NCBI GenBank assembly: GCA_913048435.1
Contig: CAJWWC010000005.1
Coordinates: 15,148 to 79,147, forward strand
Source of the DNA: an uncultured Flavobacteriales bacterium
GTDB lineage: Bacteria; Bacteroidota; Bacteroidia; Flavobacteriales; UBA7312
Direction of reading: 5' to 3'
Length of the DNA stretch: 64,000 nucleotides
Part shown: positions 1 to 10,000 of the stretch, piece by piece
How positions within the stretch are numbered: position 1 is the stretch's first letter
Layout: each line of letters begins with the position of its first letter
Made by a program: the position numbers and the translations under genes
The notes under the pieces: model-generated
Databases searched by the model: none
The model's input: only the letters and a program-made list of their open reading frames with translations
Told to the model about the DNA's origin: nothing

Positions 1-1000
1 ATGCGTAGTTGACTTCTCCTTGAAACCCTAATTCTCCTAAAGGCTGAGTAGCAAAAGGGTAGAATGCTGCCAAGGTGTAAGCGTGTTGTTTACTTATGGC
101 TGGAATGTAATTTAAAGTGAGTTCTTTTCCTGTTCCACCTCTTTTGGAACGGTAGTCCATATTGTCAACTCTATGTGCTTCTAAAATTATACCCAAGCCT
201 CTTTGAGAATATGAAAGGTTAGTCATTAATGCACTTCCTGGAGCAAAATTATTATATGTTATACCACCTGTTGGATCATTATATTTGAAGGCGTACTCTG
301 TGTTAAAAGAAATTTTTCCTCTGTTAACGGTTGAACGAATACTATAAGCTGCTACGTTTTCCGGTAAATTAAATATGGGATTATTATCATCTTGAAAACG
401 ACTCACAAAACTACTACCTAATATAGCATTTGTTTTACTGCTTTCTAAAGAAGAGATAGCTTCATTTAGGCTTAAGTCAGCATCGAACCCTCTTACAATA
501 CCTGGTCCTTGCTCCCAAAATAAGCGTTGAGTAGCAACAAACCCCTTAAGTGATAATCCTTTTAGTGGACTATACTTTAAACGAATACCATCCATAACAT
601 TGTCGATGCCTAGTGTTTTTTCTTCGTAGCTTCTAAAGATTAGACCATTTCCAAATTGTTCGTAAAAGTTACCCACGGTTATATCTAAGCCACTAACATT
701 ATATTGAGCAAATCGATAGGGTATGCCATTGCCATTAAAGTTTGATTCAAAACCTTGCAAAACATTTAAATAACTTTCGAAACGTACACCAGCTGTAAAA
801 TTATCTTTGTTAAATCGAATGTTGGAATAAGCATTCATGAGCATAAACTCATCAACCTTTTCAGCATTTATAGCAGGGTCCTCGTAATAACTCTGAGTGC
901 TAAGATTAAAATCACCTTGAATATTACCGTTAGAATTATCTTGTGCCGAATTTATAAATGGGATAAAACTACAGGCAATAATAACACTTAGTCTTTTCAT
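1..1000 (-). CDS. Outer-membrane beta-barrel protein, DUF6029-like (N-terminal ~333 aa only; gene runs off the left edge)
   Basis: Manual reverse-strand translation from the ATG at 998-1000 gives MKRLSVIIACSFIPFINSAQDNSNGNIQGDFNLSTQSYYEDP... It has a signal peptide and a G/N/Y/F-rich pattern typical of beta-barrels. The frame stays open to position 1. It is absent from the ORF track because there is no stop in the window. The family name is from memory. Confidence 0.5.
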   Translation of the reverse strand, partial: MKRLSVIIACSFIPFINSAQDNSNGNIQGDFNLSTQSYYEDPAINAEKVDEFMLMNAYSNIRFNKDNFTAGVRFESYLNVLQGFESNFNGNGIPYRFAQYNVSGLDITVGNFYEQFGNGLIFRSYEEKTLGIDNVMDGIRLKYSPLKGLSLKGFVATQRLFWEQGPGIVRGFDADLSLNEAISSLESSKTNAILGSSFVSRFQDDNNPIFNLPENVAAYSIRSTVNRGKISFNTEYAFKYNDPTGGITYNNFAPGSALMTNLSYSQRGLGIILEAHRVDNMDYRSKRGGTGKELTLNYIPAISKQHAYTLAAFYPFATQPLGELGFQGEVNYA

Positions 1001-1003
1001 AAT

Positions 1004-1495
1004 TTATTTTGATAAGGCTTTTATTTTTTTGAACAAGTCATATTCGTCACCGTCTTTATAACCGGTGTGTTGGTAAACTATTTCCTTGTTTTTATTGAGT
1101 AAAAAAGTGTGTGGTACTGATCCAACACCCATTGCTCTTTTAAGATCGCCGTTGGGGTCACAATAGACTTCGTAATCCCATAACAAGGCATTAACTTTAG
1201 GTTTTACTTTGCTCATATTTCTGCTATCATCAATAGAAATTGCAATGACTTTTACACCTGTTTCGTCTTGCCAATCTTCATAAACTTCGGCAATATTGTT
1301 TAACTCTTTGATACAAGGTTTGCACCATGTTGCCCAAAAGCTAATAACAATAGGGTTACCATTATTATCGAAGTCTGAAGTGTTAAAGGTATTATTGTCA
1401 AGTGTTTTCAAGTCAACTTTTGGCAAACTTCTGTTTTGAGAAATAGACAGCAAACTGAAAGATAAAAAAGCAGTAAAAATCATTAATTTTTTCAT
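1004..1495 (-). CDS. TlpA/ResA-like periplasmic thiol:disulfide oxidoreductase (thioredoxin fold)
   Basis: N-terminal signal peptide, WATWCKPC CxxC motif, 163 aa. Confidence 0.85.
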   Translation of the reverse strand: MKKLMIFTAFLSFSLLSISQNRSLPKVDLKTLDNNTFNTSDFDNNGNPIVISFWATWCKPCIKELNNIAEVYEDWQDETGVKVIAISIDDSRNMSKVKPKVNALLWDYEVYCDPNGDLKRAMGVGSVPHTFLLNKNKEIVYQHTGYKDGDEYDLFKKIKALSK

Positions 1496-1519
1496 AGTAG
1501 TTTTTAAGTTTTAAGCATT

Positions 1520-1564
1520 AAAAAAGACCAATAAATTAGTGTAGCTAATCTACTGATCTTTTTA
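1520..1564 (-). terminator. Imperfect hairpin flanked by an A-run and a T-run, downstream of the 518-aa gene
   Basis: GACCAATAAATTAG ... CTAATCTACTGATC pairs at 11 of 14 positions. AAAAA lies on one side and TTTTT on the other. It sits between two co-oriented minus-strand genes. Confidence 0.4.
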
Positions 1565-1583
1565 GTTTGGATCAAATTGTCTT

Positions 1584-3140
1584 TTATTTTGAAATAGTAA
1601 ATTTCATTGTTTCTGTAACCCCATTAGCGGTGATGTGCGCAAAATAAATTCCATTTATTAAGTCACTAACATCTAAATCAACACTGTTACTTCCTGTATT
1701 CAAATCTAATGTTGTTGTAAGATTGATTTTCCCTAGTATATTAACTATGTCAATTCTAACGTTTGAAGTTTTTTCGATTAAGTTAATATTTAGTGTTGCG
1801 TTATTGCGAACTGGATTTGGAAAAATACTGAACTCAACATTATCAAAAGATTCTAATGAGGATGGGTTACCGGCGACAGTATTTAAAAAAGACGCATCTT
1901 CAGAGCCTTCAAAATCTGCTATGGTCATTTGAGCAATTGAAGCACCATTATTATCTTTGATAGTCCAATTACCATTAGTTCCACCCCATTGAGATGCATC
2001 TAAACCATCACCAAAATAATCGCCAATGAAAAAAGTATGGCAGTTTTCTGAAGGTAAGTTAACGGTCCACTCATAGGATTGATTATTTTCTAGAGGGTTA
2101 GTAGGATCAGCAGTTGGATTTTCTTGACCTGTATCATAATTACCAGAAACATTTTCGTTACCCTCACTCCAAACAACAGTTCCATTTTCGTCAGTTATTT
2201 CCATATATATTTCGCTTGCATAATTATCAGTTAACAATACCACAGTAACTTCCGCTTCAGTTTGGCCTGAACTGAAACTGAAATACTCTGTTGATGAATT
2301 GTCAGAGGAATTAGCGTCATTTGTAGTAATCTCTATTTCAATACTTTCAGTATCAATAGTAAGATTTCCAAAATTTATTGTAGTGGTTTCATAAACGTTA
2401 AGTGAGCCGTTAAACGTTTCAGATGCCAATGATTGACCATTTGCCGTTACTTCAATGTTAAATGAATTTAGTGTTGTTGTTCCCATGTTCTGGACAACAA
2501 CGGATAAATTTCCACTAGCACTAGATTCGCATCCTGTAGACTCTATAGATGATTGAATGTTAAGAATTGCTGCATTTGTTCCTTCGCTTGGCTGTAAACA
2601 ATCATCCAATCCAGCGTAGTGATTAGATGCACTTAGTTGTCCTGATTCAGAAAGAATTCTGTTAGGGCATATTGTGTAAATGATAGGCCAATACGGAAGG
2701 TCGTATAAATCCGCAATTTGATCATCATTAATAATAGGAAATTGGATTTCACCAGCATTATTTGGATTTAACCAATTTCCATAATTACTGTTTTCTAACT
2801 CACTTAAGGCTGTAGCGGGATCTCCTTCAAACCATAAAATCATTACGTCATCTGTTGTATTGGGGCCTACTCCAGGTTGTCCGGCAGGTCCATGTGCCTC
2901 CCATATTTCTTCAAAAGTTCCGCCTGTGTGGTAGTTCCAACAGGGACCACACCAAGTTGCACTTATATCCAAAATAACGGTATATCCATCATCTAAGTAG
3001 TCATAAAGTCTGTGAACATTTCCATTAACATCTGTTGTTGTAAAATCGGGAGCTACACTTCCATCAGGCAACTGAGCTGACGCAAAACTTGTGATTATTG
3101 CAAAAAAAGTTAAAGCTATATATTTAGTAAAGTTAGTCAT
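1584..3140 (-). CDS. Secreted thioredoxin-domain protein with a T9SS C-terminal sorting domain
   Basis: Signal peptide, canonical thioredoxin active site SATWCGPCW, and a Thr/Ser/Asn-rich middle region. The C-terminal ~80 aa (FSIFPNPVRNNATLNINL...GIYFAHITANGVTETMKFTISK) match the Por/T9SS CTD pattern. Confidence 0.8.
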   Translation of the reverse strand: MTNFTKYIALTFFAIITSFASAQLPDGSVAPDFTTTDVNGNVHRLYDYLDDGYTVILDISATWCGPCWNYHTGGTFEEIWEAHGPAGQPGVGPNTTDDVMILWFEGDPATALSELENSNYGNWLNPNNAGEIQFPIINDDQIADLYDLPYWPIIYTICPNRILSESGQLSASNHYAGLDDCLQPSEGTNAAILNIQSSIESTGCESSASGNLSVVVQNMGTTTLNSFNIEVTANGQSLASETFNGSLNVYETTTINFGNLTIDTESIEIEITTNDANSSDNSSTEYFSFSSGQTEAEVTVVLLTDNYASEIYMEITDENGTVVWSEGNENVSGNYDTGQENPTADPTNPLENNQSYEWTVNLPSENCHTFFIGDYFGDGLDASQWGGTNGNWTIKDNNGASIAQMTIADFEGSEDASFLNTVAGNPSSLESFDNVEFSIFPNPVRNNATLNINLIEKTSNVRIDIVNILGKINLTTTLDLNTGSNSVDLDVSDLINGIYFAHITANGVTETMKFTISK

Positions 3141-3335
3141 ATTTATTTTTTTTATTGTTTACAAATTTAATTAATTTTTGTTATTTCTATTTTTTTATTC
3201 TTGTTTTTTAAGAATATTATTATTGATTCAAAATTTTTTTTTAGTAATTTAAGTAATAAAATTTTGAATATAAAACGTATCACTCTAAAGAATAAGTTTT
3301 GTTATATTTGTTAAAATATTTGGAAATAAAAAAAT

Positions 3336-4046
3336 ATGAAAAATTTATTGCTATTTTTATTTATGGTGAACACTTTATTTGTTTTTTCTCAAAGCATAAG
3401 TGTTGAAGCACATCAAACTGAAGTAAATCCCACTTGCTGCATGACTTTATTAGATGATATAGGAACTGATATTACTGTTAGAAATTTGACTAATTCAACT
3501 ATTGATATTTTAGTTTCTAGACAAATAATTTCAGCAACCCCTGGTACTATAAATTATTTTTGTTGGACCGCTTGTTATGGATCTGAAACTAGTATATCTC
3601 CACAATCAAAAACTTTTGGACCTCAACATGTTGATGAAAGTAGTTTTCAGGTCCATTTTGATAATTTGGAAACCGATCCAGCTAGTGCAACAATCAAATA
3701 TTGCGCATTTGTTGAAAATAATCCTTCCGATTCTGCATGTACAGTTGTAAATTATTCTGTAGGCACACCCACGGTATTGGATAATTTAAGTACTACTTAT
3801 TTTTCAGATTTTCACCCAAATCCTACTTCTTCTATTGCTTTTTTAGATTACAATATAAACTATTCTGATATTGTTGAAATTGTAGTAACCAATATGCTTG
3901 GAAATGTAGTACTAATAGAAAATATTAGTAACCAAAGTGGCACTCTTAAATTTGATGTGAGTGACACTAGGGCAGGCTTGTACTTTGCCAATATATTTGT
4001 TAATGAAGAGCTAAAAAAAATAAAGCGTTTAGTTGTTAGTAACTAA
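3336..4046 (+). CDS. T9SS C-terminal-domain cargo protein, N-terminal domain unknown
   Basis: Signal peptide plus a C-terminal FHPNPTSSIAFLDYNI...GLYFANIFVNEELKKIKRLVVSN CTD-like tail. Confidence 0.7.
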   Translation: MKNLLLFLFMVNTLFVFSQSISVEAHQTEVNPTCCMTLLDDIGTDITVRNLTNSTIDILVSRQIISATPGTINYFCWTACYGSETSISPQSKTFGPQHVDESSFQVHFDNLETDPASATIKYCAFVENNPSDSACTVVNYSVGTPTVLDNLSTTYFSDFHPNPTSSIAFLDYNINYSDIVEIVVTNMLGNVVLIENISNQSGTLKFDVSDTRAGLYFANIFVNEELKKIKRLVVSN

Positions 4047-4065
4047 GCTATTTAACATAAAATTC

Positions 4066-4094
4066 AAAAACCGGTCATAGTGCCGGTTTTTTTT
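4066..4094 (+). terminator. Rho-independent terminator after the T9SS cargo gene
   Basis: CAAAAACCGG-tcatagtg-CCGGTTTTTTTT: stem, 8-nt loop and T-run, about 20 nt after the stop at 4046. Confidence 0.7.
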
Positions 4095-4127
4095 GTTTAA
4101 TTTTACGAGCATATTCTAAGAAAACGT

Positions 4128-6398
4128 ATGTCTAATAGAAGAAAAAAACAAGAGTCGCTTGATTATCATAGATTGGGTCGGCCAGGAAAGATAGAGGTTA
4201 TTCCTACAAAAAAGCACAGCTCTCAGCGTGATTTGTCCTTGGCCTATTCTCCGGGTGTTGCTGAACCTTGTATCAGAATCAGTGAAAATAAAGATGATGT
4301 TTACGAATATACTGCAAAAAGCAATTTAGTAGCAGTAATAACTAACGGAACTGCCGTTCTAGGATTAGGGGATATTGGCCCTGAGGCATCTAAGCCTGTT
4401 ATGGAAGGAAAAGGACTGTTATTTAAGATTTTTGCTGATATAGACGTTTTCGATATCGAAGTTGATGCTTCAGAAGTTGATAAATTTGTTGAGATTGTAA
4501 AGTCTATTGCGCCAACCTTTGGAGGCATCAATTTAGAGGATATTAAAGCCCCCGAATGTTTTGAAATAGAAAAGCGCCTTAAAGAGGAATTAGATATTCC
4601 TGTAATGCACGATGATCAGCACGGAACAGCAATTATTTCCGCTGCTGCACTTTTGAATGCCCTTGAACTTGCTGAAAAAAGAATAGATGCTATTAAAATT
4701 GTCATCAATGGTGCTGGTGCTGCTGCTATGTCGTGCGCCAAATTATACCTTTCTTTAGGGGCTAAGAAGTCGAATATTATTATGCTTGACAGTAAAGGCG
4801 TGATAAGGAAAGACAGAGATAATTTAACTAAAGAAAAAGCATTTTTTGCATCAGAGAGAAATTTAAATACACTCTATGAGGCAATGAATGGAGCAGATGT
4901 TTTTCTAGGTTTGTCATCTGGAAACATCGTATCCAAAGAGATGATTAAGTCTATGGCTGTAACACCAATTGTTTTTGCTTTAGCAAACCCTGACCCAGAA
5001 ATATCCTACAATGACGCTTTATCTGTTAGAGACGATATAATAATGGCTACCGGACGTTCTGACCATCCCAATCAAGTGAATAACGTATTGGGTTTTCCTT
5101 ACATATTTAGAGGCGCTCTAGACGTTAGGGCAACTAGCATTAATGAAGAGATGAAATTGGCAGCGGTTCGTAGTATCGCAGAATTGACTAAAGAAGTAGT
5201 ACCAGATACAGTAAATTTAGCCTATGGAGAAAAAGTTATCACCTTTGGCCCAGAATATATTATTCCAAAACCTCTTGATAATCGATTGATTTCTGTAGTA
5301 GCTCCAGCAGTTGCAAAAGCAGCCGTAGAGTCTGGAGTGGCTCAAAAGAAAATTTCGAATTTCGAAGTTTACACTCAAGAATTGAATAAGCGATTGGGTT
5401 TAGACAATAAACTAGTCAGAAGAATTACTACAAAGGCTAAAAGAAACCCCAAGCGAATTGTCTTCGCAGAAGCTGAGCATTATAAAATTCTGAAAGCTGC
5501 TCAAGAAGTAAAAGACGAAGGTATTGCTATTCCAATTTTACTAGGTAGGAAAGGAAGAATAAAACAGCTTATTGAGGAAAACGTTCTTGATTTAGATGAC
5601 GTTCAAATATTAGACCCCAAGAGTGACGAACAAACAGAAAGAAGAAATCAATTTGGACAGATTCTTTTTGAGAAACGTAAACGTAAAGGAATGACGCTTC
5701 CGGAAGCGCAAAAGCTGATGCGTGAGAGAAATTATTTTGGTTCAATGATGGTCGATCAAGGTAAAGCTGACGCTTTTATTTCAGGAATAAGTAGAAATTA
5801 CCCAAGTACATTACGCCCAGCCTTACAGATTATTGGAACTGAAGAAGGAGTGGACAAGGTCGCTGGTATGTTTATCCTCAATACCAAAAAAGGAACTCTT
5901 TTTTTAGCAGATACCACTATAAATATTAACCCTACATCAGAAGAGTTAGCTAATCTTGCGATACTTACAGCTAAAACAGTTCGCCGATTTAATGTAGTGC
6001 CAAGGATAGCATTGTTATCCTATTCCAATTTTGGTTCATCAATGAACTCAATAGTTGCTAAAATAACTGACGCTCTGAAGTTAATCAATGATATAGAGCC
6101 AAATTTATCTGTTGAGGGCGAAATACAGGCAGACTTTGCTTTAAATAAAGAAAAGAGGGATCAAATATTCCCCTTTTCAGATTTGAAAGAAAATGCTAAC
6201 ACTCTTATTTTTCCTAACCTTGAATCTGGAAATATATCCTATAAATTAATGCAAGAATTTGACGACGTGGAAGCCATAGGACCTATTTTGATTGGAATGA
6301 AAAAACCTGTCCATATTTTACAACTTGGTTGTTCGGTACGTGAAATTGTAAATATGGTAACTATTGCCGTTATTGATGCTCAAACAAAAAGAAAATGA
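4128..6398 (+). CDS. maeB: NADP-dependent malic enzyme (malic enzyme domain fused to a phosphotransacetylase-like domain)
   Basis: 756 aa. The N-terminal half has malic-enzyme motifs (YSPGVAEPC, VITNGTAVLGLGDIG, GINLEDI, DDQHGTA). The C-terminal half is PTA-like. Confidence 0.9.
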   Translation: MSNRRKKQESLDYHRLGRPGKIEVIPTKKHSSQRDLSLAYSPGVAEPCIRISENKDDVYEYTAKSNLVAVITNGTAVLGLGDIGPEASKPVMEGKGLLFKIFADIDVFDIEVDASEVDKFVEIVKSIAPTFGGINLEDIKAPECFEIEKRLKEELDIPVMHDDQHGTAIISAAALLNALELAEKRIDAIKIVINGAGAAAMSCAKLYLSLGAKKSNIIMLDSKGVIRKDRDNLTKEKAFFASERNLNTLYEAMNGADVFLGLSSGNIVSKEMIKSMAVTPIVFALANPDPEISYNDALSVRDDIIMATGRSDHPNQVNNVLGFPYIFRGALDVRATSINEEMKLAAVRSIAELTKEVVPDTVNLAYGEKVITFGPEYIIPKPLDNRLISVVAPAVAKAAVESGVAQKKISNFEVYTQELNKRLGLDNKLVRRITTKAKRNPKRIVFAEAEHYKILKAAQEVKDEGIAIPILLGRKGRIKQLIEENVLDLDDVQILDPKSDEQTERRNQFGQILFEKRKRKGMTLPEAQKLMRERNYFGSMMVDQGKADAFISGISRNYPSTLRPALQIIGTEEGVDKVAGMFILNTKKGTLFLADTTININPTSEELANLAILTAKTVRRFNVVPRIALLSYSNFGSSMNSIVAKITDALKLINDIEPNLSVEGEIQADFALNKEKRDQIFPFSDLKENANTLIFPNLESGNISYKLMQEFDDVEAIGPILIGMKKPVHILQLGCSVREIVNMVTIAVIDAQTKRK

Positions 6399-6976
6399 TT
6401 ACACACATTAAAGGAAAATTAATAGAGAAAAACCCTTCATTTGTTGTTATTGATTGTAATGGCATAGGATATTTCTTGAGGATATCATTACAAACTTTTT
6501 CCAAGTTAACCAATGATGAGCATTGTATGCTTTTTACACACCTCTCTATAAAAGAAGATGCTCATACACTTTATGGTTTTTTCGATAAAGATGAGCGTGA
6601 GTTGTTTCGTCTACTTATTTCTGTTTCTGGTGTAGGCCCAAATACTGCACAAATGATACTCTCTTCATTAACCCCATTAGAAATCCAACAAGCTATACTT
6701 ACAGAAAACGTCAGTGTTTTACAAGCAGTAAAGGGAATAGGCGGTAAAACAGCACAACGTATTATTCTAGACTTAAAAGATAAAATTGCTAAACTTGGAA
6801 TAAGCACAAACTCATCACAAAGTTCATACAATACTATTCGAGAAGAAGCGTTATCTGCATTAACTATGCTAGGATTTTCTAAAAACAGCGTTGAAAAATA
6901 CATTGATAAGGAATTGCAAGAAGATGGTAGTATAGAAGTCGAAGAACTGGTTAAACGTGTTCTAAAAAAAATGTAG
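6395..6976 (+). CDS. ruvA: Holliday junction branch migration protein RuvA
   Basis: MITHIKGKL...IDCNGIGY start, helix-hairpin-helix motifs (GVGPNTA, GIGGKTAQRI), 193 aa. Confidence 0.9.
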   Translation: MITHIKGKLIEKNPSFVVIDCNGIGYFLRISLQTFSKLTNDEHCMLFTHLSIKEDAHTLYGFFDKDERELFRLLISVSGVGPNTAQMILSSLTPLEIQQAILTENVSVLQAVKGIGGKTAQRIILDLKDKIAKLGISTNSSQSSYNTIREEALSALTMLGFSKNSVEKYIDKELQEDGSIEVEELVKRVLKKM

Positions 6977-7004
6977 AATCATTTTCTGATTTAATCTATT
7001 TATT

Positions 7005-10000
7005 GTGTTTCAAAATAAGGTTATACATAAACAAGCACTTTGGTACTTTTTCTTGTTTTTAATGCAGAGTAAACTTTTATTTTCTCAGTCTTTTAATGAT
7101 AGCCTAATTTTTAAAATTCCAGAAAATAATGCGTGGGAAAATCCTTTAGATGTACAAACAAGTGGATTCTTCTTAGAAACCCCTTCAAATTTAAAGCCCA
7201 AGTTAATTTACAGCCCTGAACTTAGGGTTTACAGTGTAGAGCATAAAATAAATAGATTTATGCTATCTAATACAACATCACTGAGTTTAGAGGAATACAA
7301 TAATTACTTTTCGAAATTATCAATAATTGATTATTGGAAAGAAAAAACTTCAAATCCTTCCTTGAATGTTGACAATAATCTCAAAGGTCCTTTGAGTATT
7401 GATATAGGAGGAGAAATTTTTGATAAAATATTTGGAAATAGTACAGTTGATATCAGACCTCAAGGTTCTGCAGAATTAATTTTTTCAGTTAAGCACAACA
7501 AAACCGAAAATAATGCTCTTCCTATTGATAAGCAAAGTAATACAAGTTTTGATTTCAAACAGAAAATTCAAATGAATGTTATAGGTAAAATTGGAGATAA
7601 ACTTCAACTTAATACTAATTATAATACTGAAGCTATTTTTGATTTTGACAATAAAATAAAGTTGGAATATGAGGGTGAGGAAGATGAAATAATTAAAAAA
7701 ATAGAAATCGGTAATGTGGGTTTACCATTAAACGGAACATTAATTTCTGGCAGTCAAAGTTTATTGGGGTTGAAAACACAATTGCAATTTGGTAAAGCCA
7801 CTGTAACTTCAATATTCTCACAACAAAAAAGTAATTCTAAGATTATAGATGTAGAAGGAGGTGCCCAAAAAACAGAGTTTGATATTTATGCTGACCAATA
7901 CGAAACAAATAAGCATTTTTTCTTATCCCATTATTTTAAGGCAAAATATAATGACGCAATGTCTCAATTACCATTTATTAATTCGCCAATTAACATAACA
8001 AAAATAGAAGTTTGGGTAACTAACAAGACAGGAACTGTTGAAGATACTAGAAATATTTTAGCTTTTTTAGATTTAGGTGAATCTCAATCAGATATGTATA
8101 ATACAACATTATTCTCTGATAACAATGATTTTTCATTTCCAGACAATAATAACAACACTCTTTATCAGCAAATGTTAGATGAAGGAGATGCTTTGAGAAA
8201 TATTAATCAAGTAAATAGCATATTTAATTCAGCTTCTTATCCCAATTTTTTAGGTTCACAAGATTATGAAAAGTTAGAGCGTGCAAGATTATTATCTCCA
8301 ACAGAATATACATTTCACCCGCAATTAGGATACATATCTTTAAACAGTGTTATTGGCCCTGATGAGGTTTTAGCAGTAGCCTTTCAATATACCATTGGAA
8401 ATGATTTATTTCAAGTAGGTGAGTTTAGTTCTAACGGTCCTTCAGCTCCTAATTCACTTTACATCAAGTTATTGAAAAACCTTAGTTTTTCCCCTCTATT
8501 ACCAAACTGGGATCTTATGATGAAAAATATATATTCATTGGGTGCATACAATATTAGTGACCAAGAATTTTTTTTAGATGTAGTTTTTGAAAATACTCGC
8601 GATAACGGTACAATAACAAATTATATCCCTGAAGATAATCTTACAGAAAAGCCCATAATTAATCTATTAAGATTAGATAATTTAAATGCTCAACAGGAAC
8701 GTAAACCTGATGGAATATTTGATTTTATCAATGGTGTAACAATCATAACTTCTAACGGTAAAATTATTTTTCCATTAAGAGAACCGTTTGGGGAAGACTT
8801 AAGACAAAAATTTAGCGACAATGATATAGCAAATAATTACGTCTATGATATACTTTACGATTCTACCTTAACTGTTGCTCAGCAATTTCCAGAATACAAT
8901 AAATTTAGAATTAAGGGTAGTTATCAATCTGAATCAGGTTCTGAGATTTATTTGGGAGTTTTTTCAATTGAACAAGGCTCAGTAATTGTAACCGCTGGAG
9001 GATTAAGGCTAGAAGAGGGTAAGGACTTCACAGTAAATTATTCTATGGGTAAAGTCAATATTATTAATGAAGGAATATTAATGTCAGGCACTCCTATTAG
9101 AATTTCTGTTGAAAGTAATACATTTGGTTTACAACAAAAAACTCTGGTAGGTACTCACATAGATTATCGTATTTCTGATGATTTTATGCTAGGAGGTACT
9201 ATTCTCAATCTAACTGAAAAACCTTACACAAAAAAAGTAAATTCTGGTGATGAACCCATCTCAAATACTATATGGGGTATAGATGGTACATACAGGAGAG
9301 AGTCTAATTTACTTACCAAAATTGTAGATTTTTTACCAATATTAGAAACTAAAGAAAAGTCAATTCTCACTGCCCAAGGAGAGTTTGCCCATTTGATTCC
9401 TGGTCATCAAAGAGCTATTGGTGATAATGGAACAGCTTACATTGACGATTTTGAAGCTAGTAGTACAGGCATAGATATAAAAAATCCTGGAGCTTGGTTC
9501 TTAGCAAGTTTACCAAATGATCCTAATTTATTTCCTGAGTCAACATTAGGTAATCAGAGTCCAAGACTGGGAAATTTAAATTCAGGCTCTAATAGAGCAT
9601 TACTGTCTTGGTACAATATTGATCCAGTTTTTTATAGAAATACTAGTAATACTCCCACACATATTTCTAATGATGACACACAGCTTTCAAACCATAATGT
9701 TAGAGAAGTCCTTGAAAAGGAAGTATTCCCTAACCGTGATCCTCAATATGCTACTCAAGTGTCTAATTTATCTGTTTTAAATCTTTCATATAATCCAAAC
9801 AAAAGAGGACCTTATAATTTCGATACTGAAAATATTACAACCTCAGGATTATTGTTGAATCCCGAAGACCGATGGGCTGGTATAATGCGTAAACTAGAAA
9901 CTACTGATTTCGAATTACAAAATATTGAGTTTGTGGAGTTTTGGATAATGGATCCATTTAACGAGGATTCTGAAAATCAAACTGGTGGTAAATTGATAGT

